A stretch of DNA of 64,000 nt from a virus: positions 1 to 64,000 of the IMG/VR virus record IMGVR_UViG_3300008110_000034; one strand, given 5' to 3'. Positions 57,071-64,000 of the stretch are shown in pieces. The notes beneath the pieces are model-generated. The model was given only the letters and a program-made list of their open reading frames with translations, did not search any database and had not been told where the DNA came from. The position numbers and the translations under genes are program-made. Each line of letters starts with the position of its first letter. The stretch's first letter is position 1.

Positions 57071-58423
57071 ATGAGAAAACTAGTTAAAAATACATACATC
57101 ATATACATTGTTGATGATAACAAGGATTATAAAGACACCTTAGGTCAGGAAATTGGTTATAATCTTCTAGAAGCATCTGTAAGGCACGACATGCTTTACA
57201 AATACTTTTTATCTTACGACGATGCATTTAAAAGTTTACAAACAGAAACAGCTCCTAAAGTCATTTTTACAAGACCAGGAAACACATTTGATCCAATATG
57301 GTTAGCACAGTTAGTTTCTAAAAATCCAGAGTATTCTCTAATTGGACATCTTTTAGACAAAGGTGAAGAATACTACGAACTACACAATCAATGTTTTATA
57401 TTAGATGTTAAAGATTGGAAACAATCCGGATCTCCTATGTATAATTCTCCTGGAGAGCAAACATGTACAAATATCAGTAGGAGCGAGAACAATTTTCATG
57501 ATCACCACACTCCTTTATCAGTTGATAAAGGTGATGGAACAAAGACCTATAAAAAGATAAAGCCAGGCGGATTAATTATTAGTAAATTGTTAGAACACGG
57601 ATTTAAAATTAGGCCGTGGACTTCAGAAGAAAGAAAGCATAAGTTTTACCTATACGATGATCTAGTTTTAAAGTACGGATCTTATCTACGTATAGAATGT
57701 ACGTTTGACGACACTATCTTTAATTGTACAAATGAACCAATTGTAAAATTTGAACTCCCGCAAATTAAAAGAATTGTAACTCCCGCAAACGGACTACAAG
57801 CCTTACAGATTATTGACAAGTGCCCTAATGCTACTACTGTAGATTTTAGAGATATTAGTCAATCTGCAATCAATTTTACAAAAAATGTTTTAGACAATTA
57901 TATCGGAAAAGATTATGACCAACTATGTTTTTCTAGCGGGTACAATCTTCAAGTTAGCAATCAAGAGTCTATTAGAAAATCAGAACAAGAATTTTTAAAC
58001 GGGCTTGTAGAACCTTATTCCGAAATGCAGTTTAGATTACTAGAACTGAATTGTAACTATTTCAAAGAAAGCTTCTTTGAAATAGAAGATTTAATTAATA
58101 GGATGAATGGTAATACATTGTATGCGTTTAGCAATATTCTGTCTTATAGGAAAACAGCATACTTGTACAGTCAAATTCATTTTAATTTAATGTTAAAAAC
58201 ATTAGCTAGTGCAGAAAGACTAGCAAAAAATGATAGTTATTTTTTAGGAATGTTACCTACTAGCGAAGCATCGACAAGAGGATATGCGTTAATGCATGTT
58301 AAAGATGTTAGTTTAGATCCTGATACAGAATTCAACTTTCCTTGGAGACAAAAATTATATGAATACTACACTGAATATCTCGGAATTCTTCGAGAAAAGG
58401 AAAGAAGAAAATCATTATCATAA
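57071..58423 (+). CDS. Hypothetical 450-aa protein
   Basis: Long ORF after the late promoter; no motif recognised. Confidence 0.65.
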   Translation: MRKLVKNTYIIYIVDDNKDYKDTLGQEIGYNLLEASVRHDMLYKYFLSYDDAFKSLQTETAPKVIFTRPGNTFDPIWLAQLVSKNPEYSLIGHLLDKGEEYYELHNQCFILDVKDWKQSGSPMYNSPGEQTCTNISRSENNFHDHHTPLSVDKGDGTKTYKKIKPGGLIISKLLEHGFKIRPWTSEERKHKFYLYDDLVLKYGSYLRIECTFDDTIFNCTNEPIVKFELPQIKRIVTPANGLQALQIIDKCPNATTVDFRDISQSAINFTKNVLDNYIGKDYDQLCFSSGYNLQVSNQESIRKSEQEFLNGLVEPYSEMQFRLLELNCNYFKESFFEIEDLINRMNGNTLYAFSNILSYRKTAYLYSQIHFNLMLKTLASAERLAKNDSYFLGMLPTSEASTRGYALMHVKDVSLDPDTEFNFPWRQKLYEYYTEYLGILREKERRKSLS

Positions 58424-59099
58424 TTTAACTGAGATACCAAAACATCTAAATTTAGATGCTCAGTTAAAATGGATTATTGAAGAATCAAACTTAAGAACTC
58501 TTAGATTAAATGTTGAGATTCCCCATGAACAGATGTATCAAGAAGCTGAAATTCTTCTTGACGAATTTTATTCTCATCGAGACGAAGGCGAAGATCACAG
58601 AGGGTGGAAAAGTCTTGTTATTCACGGACGAGGAAAACATATTACTCAAGGTGACGAACAATACGAAAATTTAAAAGATCTTCCCGACTATCATTGGACT
58701 GAGATAGCCGACAAATGTCCTATAACAACTATGTGGTTAAAAAGTTGTTGGCCTTTAGATAAATTTCTCAGGGTACGATTTATGCTTTTAGAACCAGATG
58801 GCTACATTATGCCTCATAGAGATAACAATAAAAGAAAGTTACAAGCAATTAATATAGCGTTAAATAATCCAGTTGGTTGCGAATTTGGTATGGAAAACTA
58901 CGGAGTTATACCATGGAAATCTGGAGATGTTAGATTAATAGATATAAGCACGAATCATGCTGTTTGGAACAATAGTAAAACTCCCAGAATACATATTATT
59001 GTACATGGATGGCCAGTTCAACAATATAAAGAGTACAGAAATTTAGTTATAGAAAGTTATAAAAAAACATATGAAGAATATATTGCATCTTGGAAGTAG
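58359..59099 (+). CDS. Asp/Asn beta-hydroxylase-like 2OG-Fe(II) oxygenase
   Basis: RVRFMLLEPDGYIMPHRD, INIALNNP, HAVWN, RIHII. Confidence 0.78.
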   Translation: MNTTLNISEFFEKRKEENHYHNLTEIPKHLNLDAQLKWIIEESNLRTLRLNVEIPHEQMYQEAEILLDEFYSHRDEGEDHRGWKSLVIHGRGKHITQGDEQYENLKDLPDYHWTEIADKCPITTMWLKSCWPLDKFLRVRFMLLEPDGYIMPHRDNNKRKLQAINIALNNPVGCEFGMENYGVIPWKSGDVRLIDISTNHAVWNNSKTPRIHIIVHGWPVQQYKEYRNLVIESYKKTYEEYIASWK

Positions 59100-59805
59100 T
59101 TGGAGTGAAGTAAATGGTGTACCTAATCATAGCTTACCATTTTTTGTAACAGAAGGCCTTATTAATCGAGGTATTGATGTAAACTATTATTCAACAGCTA
59201 TGGGCGGTTGTGGATTAGGTGTTCAATTTGAAATTTTATTAAACATTTTAAACGGTAAAGAAAAAATTGATTTTGTTTTATTTGAAGTAACTACATTTGA
59301 CAGATTTCATTGTCAACTATTAGACTCTGATATTGTATGGGAAAAAGAAGATAGTCATCCTAATATTGTACAATGTCGAAACTGGCTTATTAAAAACTAT
59401 ATTTTTTGGATGCCGCTGCATAAAGAAATTATTAATCAACATTGGCCTTATCTGTCGAATAAAGGAACATATTTAAAAATGGCCAAACTTTTAAATGCGG
59501 GCGACTTTAATTGGGAAAGTATTTTTTTAAGTAGAATAGTAACAATTAAAAATTTACTTAAAAAAAGAAATATTCCGTTTTTAATATATGCACACGATTC
59601 GAAACAAATGGTAGATAAAACTCGGATATCTCAATTAGTACTTAAAGAAATATACGACGAACTAGACTTTTGTGTTAACGAGTACATTGGTATTGAAACT
59701 TTTAAGAAATTTGCCATCGACAGAGGATTTCATATGTCGCCCAACGGTGACAGATATATAGCTGAAAATGTTTTAATACCAAAAATTATTGAAAAATTAA
59801 AATGA
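59071..59805 (+). CDS. SGNH/GDSL-like hydrolase-fold protein
   Basis: HLGSSWS near the N-terminus and DRGFHMS (DxxH) near the C-terminus. Confidence 0.5.
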   Translation: MKNILHLGSSWSEVNGVPNHSLPFFVTEGLINRGIDVNYYSTAMGGCGLGVQFEILLNILNGKEKIDFVLFEVTTFDRFHCQLLDSDIVWEKEDSHPNIVQCRNWLIKNYIFWMPLHKEIINQHWPYLSNKGTYLKMAKLLNAGDFNWESIFLSRIVTIKNLLKKRNIPFLIYAHDSKQMVDKTRISQLVLKEIYDELDFCVNEYIGIETFKKFAIDRGFHMSPNGDRYIAENVLIPKIIEKLK

Positions 59806-60509
59806 AAAAAATATTACATTTAGGGTGCAGTTGGAGTCAATTTAATCACGAAGGACAAAAAGGAGTACCTGAAAATACAGTCGAAGTATTAAAAGAGAAA
59901 AATGTTGATGTTCTCTATTACAGTGCATCCCATGGTGGTTGCGATCTTGGAACACAATTTGAAGTACTAAAATCAGAGATAGGTAAAGGCTACGATTTTA
60001 TTATATTTCAAGTTACTTCTGACAGTAGACATCATATAAGAACTGGTCATTATAATTTAGACTGGACTCCTACTGTTTCTCATCCAAACATTTATAAGTG
60101 TGATGTTTCTTTAAGAAAAAGTTTTGTGTTCTGGAATCCAAATTACGGAAAAGCTATAGATCAATTCTGGCATAAACATAACAGAGATTATCGAATGGCT
60201 GCTAAACTTAGTTACTCTTACGACTGGGATGATCAAAGTTTATACTTTGGTCAAATATGTTCGATTAAAAAAATATTAGAAAAATCTAATACTCCTTACA
60301 TAATCTATAGTCATCGGAATATCTGGTGGGAAAAACATAATAATATCTTTCAGGCTCACACAACTGATCTACTTGATTTTGATGTTGAAACACAATTAGG
60401 TGACAATTTTAATTCTTATATTGTAGACGACGGACACCATTTAAGTAGTCAAGGAAATAGGATAGTAGCCGAAGAATTAATTGTTCCTAGACTACTACCC
60501 TATCTATAA
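59802..60509 (+). CDS. SGNH/GDSL-like protein (paralogue of the upstream gene)
   Basis: HLGCSWS, SHPNI, DDGHHLS. Confidence 0.5.
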   Translation: MKKILHLGCSWSQFNHEGQKGVPENTVEVLKEKNVDVLYYSASHGGCDLGTQFEVLKSEIGKGYDFIIFQVTSDSRHHIRTGHYNLDWTPTVSHPNIYKCDVSLRKSFVFWNPNYGKAIDQFWHKHNRDYRMAAKLSYSYDWDDQSLYFGQICSIKKILEKSNTPYIIYSHRNIWWEKHNNIFQAHTTDLLDFDVETQLGDNFNSYIVDDGHHLSSQGNRIVAEELIVPRLLPYL

Positions 60510-61412
60510 TTACATCTTAGCTTGTTCTTTTCGCCACTCTATAAGTAAATCATCATCGAGTTCAACTAAGAAAGTTAGTAATAAACCCATCTTAGCGTTC
60601 CATAATTTTTTACCTTTGCTCTTAGTACCTTCATTAGTATTATGCAACTGTACTGCATCGAACCACATAGGTTTACCTGGTTCCCAATCTAAAATAGTTT
60701 CAGCACTTAAACCTTTTAATCTTTCATACGGAGTATTCATTACCTGCTCAAAAACAGATTTATCAAAAGGTGTTGCATTGTTTTCTTTAGGAACAGCAGT
60801 TCCTTGACCGTCATAGAATTGAAGTTCAGTGTAATCAGTGGTAATTTTATACACACTAGCAATATTAGGAACTAGACCGCCACCATTATAAACATGCGCC
60901 CAGTCAATATGTCGCTGATCGAAGAATACAATTTGTCCACCATCTTCTTCATTAAGATGTGTTCCTATCCATAAAGGTAACAACCAATTTTTCCAACAAG
61001 TGTATTTTCGTTGTTCGTGATTCAACGGGACTTTATCAAATGTAGTTGTAAAATCTTCAGGCCTTATACTATCATTATGTAATCCATATTGTTGGGGAGT
61101 AATAAAATAATTACCGCCCACTTGTGGACTTTTTTCAGCAGGTATACCTAAACACTGATCGATTCTATCTTTAAATTTTAAATAAACTTCATGTAACTGT
61201 CCTGCTACTAACACAGTTCCGTTTTTATTCATTCTAACTTCTTTGCCTCCGGCAAATGCAAATTTCCAAATCCAATCTAATTCTTCTTTTGAAAACATTG
61301 CATCTTCAGATTTTGATGCTCGGCTAATATGCCTACGCATATTTTCAACTGCTATAGGATGATCCATTGGAAGCATATAATGCTCCCTTCTTAAACCTTT
61401 AGTGTACTCCAT
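60510..61412 (-). CDS. 2OG-Fe(II) oxygenase-like protein
   Basis: GLHNDS (HxD), DGGQIVFF, FDAVQLHN. Confidence 0.6.
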   Translation of the reverse strand: MEYTKGLRREHYMLPMDHPIAVENMRRHISRASKSEDAMFSKEELDWIWKFAFAGGKEVRMNKNGTVLVAGQLHEVYLKFKDRIDQCLGIPAEKSPQVGGNYFITPQQYGLHNDSIRPEDFTTTFDKVPLNHEQRKYTCWKNWLLPLWIGTHLNEEDGGQIVFFDQRHIDWAHVYNGGGLVPNIASVYKITTDYTELQFYDGQGTAVPKENNATPFDKSVFEQVMNTPYERLKGLSAETILDWEPGKPMWFDAVQLHNTNEGTKSKGKKLWNAKMGLLLTFLVELDDDLLIEWRKEQAKM

Positions 61413-62805
61413 AAAATACTCCTGTCATTTCTGGAAAAATTTCTTCAAAATTTAAACCTCTATGTGTATCAAGTGCTTTTAAATATTCTGTTGTTTCAGG
61501 TAATCGGTTAGTCCAATCTTCTGATTTCATAAATTTAATCATGCCGCGCAATCTTTTGATACCATACTCGGCGTTAAGCCACTGTTCTTTTGTTACCTTA
61601 CCTTTATGCCATTCAGGAACACCTAGTTCCCAGTTTTCTATCCACCATGGTATAAATTCCTCATAGTGTTGTTCGCATTTGTCTTTAAACCATTGAGGTA
61701 AGATCTTGACATTTAGGTGTGGTGGCCAATATACAAAATGATGATTAATTCCACCTGCACCAAATGGCCACATGTTAATCTTTTTATAGTTCTGTTGTAA
61801 TTTCCATTTGATAAATTCTGGAATATAATAAATGTTCAATGCCTGTACTGCACATGCAACTGTAATTTCTACGTTGTCAGATGTTTGTGTATCTAGAATC
61901 TTAAATACTTCTTCTGTACGTTCCCATTTACTAGGATATCTAATATAGGCATTCTTTTCACCTATTGCATCAACACTATAATGGAATCGAACAAGTTTAA
62001 ATTCTTTCCATAACTCAAATAAATCTTCTCGCCATTCGACTCCGTTACTGTTATAACGAAGTTCTAAATTCTTAGCATGTCCTTGCTTTATACATTCTTC
62101 TAAAATTTCGTAATGTTCTTCTATGATTAATGGCTCGCCACCTGCAAAATAAAGCTGTTGCATATTCGGGATTTGTTCATAGAATTGCTGCCAAAAAAGA
62201 GGATTATTTTTATGCCAATTAAAACTTGAGCCGTTAACACTGCCCTTGTTTTCCCATGCCATGGTCTTGCTTAATTCTCTATTCTGTATAGTAGGATGGA
62301 TCTTATTCCATTCTGGAATCCAATTACTACTATCATGCGGACTGCACATTACACAGGCTAATTGACATTTAGATCCGAATCTAAGATCAATATATTTTAA
62401 ATTAGGAGGGACTTGTCCATCATCTGTTGTCTGTGCAATTAACTGATCGATGTCCACACGCTGAGCCCAATAGTTAGTTTCCCATTGTCTTTTGCTTACA
62501 TGACCAGATTCTTCTTCTTTATAACATTTTGAACAGCTTTCTGGCTGTCCATTATCTAACATAATTTTTCTTACATTTTTCATGTAAGTGCTGTTCCAGC
62601 TTGATTGGAAATCGCTAACATTTAAGTTAGCTGGTTTACCTTCTTCTGTCTTCAACATTCCGACATGACCCCCGGTTTCAGCATTTGTAGATCCAACACC
62701 GCTAGCATTAGCAGTGCAACATACTCTCATACTACCGTCAGGTCTTGTACTTAAATGTATCCAAGGAAGAATACAAAATGTGTCTGATGGATATTTTTGT
62801 GTCAT
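61399..62805 (-). CDS. Radical SAM protein with N-terminal Twitch/SPASM-like domain
   Basis: FCILPW...RVCC...CSKC, then CQLACVMC and FAGGEP. Confidence 0.85.
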   Translation of the reverse strand: MTQKYPSDTFCILPWIHLSTRPDGSMRVCCTANASGVGSTNAETGGHVGMLKTEEGKPANLNVSDFQSSWNSTYMKNVRKIMLDNGQPESCSKCYKEEESGHVSKRQWETNYWAQRVDIDQLIAQTTDDGQVPPNLKYIDLRFGSKCQLACVMCSPHDSSNWIPEWNKIHPTIQNRELSKTMAWENKGSVNGSSFNWHKNNPLFWQQFYEQIPNMQQLYFAGGEPLIIEEHYEILEECIKQGHAKNLELRYNSNGVEWREDLFELWKEFKLVRFHYSVDAIGEKNAYIRYPSKWERTEEVFKILDTQTSDNVEITVACAVQALNIYYIPEFIKWKLQQNYKKINMWPFGAGGINHHFVYWPPHLNVKILPQWFKDKCEQHYEEFIPWWIENWELGVPEWHKGKVTKEQWLNAEYGIKRLRGMIKFMKSEDWTNRLPETTEYLKALDTHRGLNFEEIFPEMTGVFYGVH

Positions 62806-62810
62806 GGAAA

Positions 62811-62816
62811 TATTTA
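62811..62816 (-). promoter_or_regulatory. Late promoter core TAAATA (leaderless mRNA)
   Basis: 5 nt before ATG 62805 on the minus strand, with no SD. Confidence 0.5.
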
Positions 62817-62825
62817 GTTATTATG

Positions 62826-64000
62826 TTAATTGGCAAATTGGTTACTGAACATATCGTTTTTTACACCACATGTTTTGGCACAGATTTGTAATTTCCCGTC
62901 AGCACAACTAGATTTGGTCCAACTATTAGGAACAATATCTTGAAAATATAATCCATTTACGATTGATTCTAAACTGTGATTTTTGGCATTTAAATTTTCT
63001 TTTCCTACTTTATTAATTGCTTGCCAAATTTGGCCGCCTTCTGGTAACCAATACCAAACATACATTTGTCCGGCGGTCCAACAACAAGGTTGAACAATAC
63101 CTTCAGCTGAAACATAAAGACTTTTTTCTTCTGCTACTTTACATTTTATTGGAACTTCGTCCCAATACTTCTCCATTGGTTTTTTCTTAGAGGGATCAAT
63201 ATGAAATTTTTGTTTACTTTGCACAATGAATGCTTCTTCTGCTTTACTTGGAACAAAAGAAATAGTATCTTCTAGTTTTTTATCAATTTTACTTAATTCT
63301 GCTAATGCTGTATTTTTATACTTGTCATCAGTAGGAGGTTTTAAAAGAGTAGTTGCTTGTCCTTTACGATTGGCCGCTTGATGAGTGTCTTTTGTTGCGC
63401 CCGAGGCATTGCTGAAAAATCTTGCTGATTTTTTAAATTGAAACTTTTCAAACCCCATTTTCCCACTTAATGCTCTGGCCTCGTCGACCTGATGTTCGTT
63501 GTGTTCAAATACAATATAATCCCATCTTGCCCTGCCGCCAGCATTTATAAAAGCCTGAGCATTTTCCATAATTTTAGACCATATAGTATTTTGTCTGTAC
63601 AGATGATTAGTATCTTCTAATCCGTCTAAACTAAACACTACATTAGAATTTTTTCCCATAACTTGAGCAAGACGTGCCCACCAATCCGGTTTCTTCGCAC
63701 TGCCGTTGGTGTGCATACTTAAATTCATTTTAGGATTAGATTGTCTAAAATATTCAAATATTTCTAAAGTATCTCTAGCAGCAATAGGATCTCCATAATT
63801 GCCACACATATATAGTCTGTCTAATTGCTGTATAAACTCAACTGTAAATATTCTTTTAACATCATCAAGATGTAATTCTGTGTTTGGTAACTGAGGATTG
63901 TCTTCGCCACCGTTAATGTTTCTAGCACACATTGGGCAGGCTGCGTTACAGCTATCTGTAACTTCTAAGTGTACAGTTCTAATGTCGTTATAGTGGTATA
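62826..64000 (-). CDS. Radical SAM protein with C-terminal SPASM/Twitch-like domain (5' partial)
   Basis: Frame is open to the window end: HLEVTDSCNAACPMCAR (CxxxCxxC), GNYGDP, C-terminal PCCW...CAKTC. Confidence 0.85.
   Translation of the reverse strand, partial: YHYNDIRTVHLEVTDSCNAACPMCARNINGGEDNPQLPNTELHLDDVKRIFTVEFIQQLDRLYMCGNYGDPIAARDTLEIFEYFRQSNPKMNLSMHTNGSAKKPDWWARLAQVMGKNSNVVFSLDGLEDTNHLYRQNTIWSKIMENAQAFINAGGRARWDYIVFEHNEHQVDEARALSGKMGFEKFQFKKSARFFSNASGATKDTHQAANRKGQATTLLKPPTDDKYKNTALAELSKIDKKLEDTISFVPSKAEEAFIVQSKQKFHIDPSKKKPMEKYWDEVPIKCKVAEEKSLYVSAEGIVQPCCWTAGQMYVWYWLPEGGQIWQAINKVGKENLNAKNHSLESIVNGLYFQDIVPNSWTKSSCADGKLQICAKTCGVKNDMFSNQFAN

Noticed and set aside
1-64000. Stop-codon reassignment (TAG/TGA recoding as in some jumbo phages)
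   Set aside because: Conserved genes are full length in the standard code. The two broken genes (26094, 44387) change frame, so readthrough would not repair them.
1-64000. tRNA, rRNA or tmRNA genes
   Set aside because: I saw no cloverleaf or T-loop GTTCGA context in the short intergenic gaps; a tRNAscan/ARAGORN run would confirm.

Overview
A gene-dense, AT-rich fragment of a large T4-like (jumbo) dsDNA phage genome in the standard genetic code. Spanin-like genes and sigma70 promoters suggest a Gram-negative host. Layout: 1-8.5 kb tail fibre/baseplate genes plus a papain-like protease. 8.5-20.5 kb replication and proteostasis helpers (truncated DnaE-like protein, GroES, cytidylyltransferase, clamp loader, dCMP deaminase, PhoH, spanins, DnaJ, peptide deformylase, ClpA). 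20.5-30.8 kb late genes, many with short leaders ending in Glu that resemble T4 capsid-targeting/prohead-protease sites; these include Pol-beta-like, ligase-like and HxGH nucleotidyltransferases, an in-frame array of 19-nt direct repeats (GVAEG) separating unique mini-modules, Dps, a GH19 endolysin and an annexin-like repeat protein. 31.7-35.5 kb B-family DNA polymerase and probable clamp. 36-47 kb 7-deazaguanine DNA-modification locus (DpdA, DpdL-like, split FolE, QueE) mixed with a glycosyltransferase, PRTase, HIT and UDP-sugar dehydrogenase. 47-54 kb RNase H-like nuclease, MoxR-VWA pair and ThyX. 54-64 kb radical SAM/2OG-oxygenase/SGNH/SDR cluster. I found no tRNA, rRNA, CRISPR array or transposase. 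Product calls come from motifs read by eye, not from database searches.
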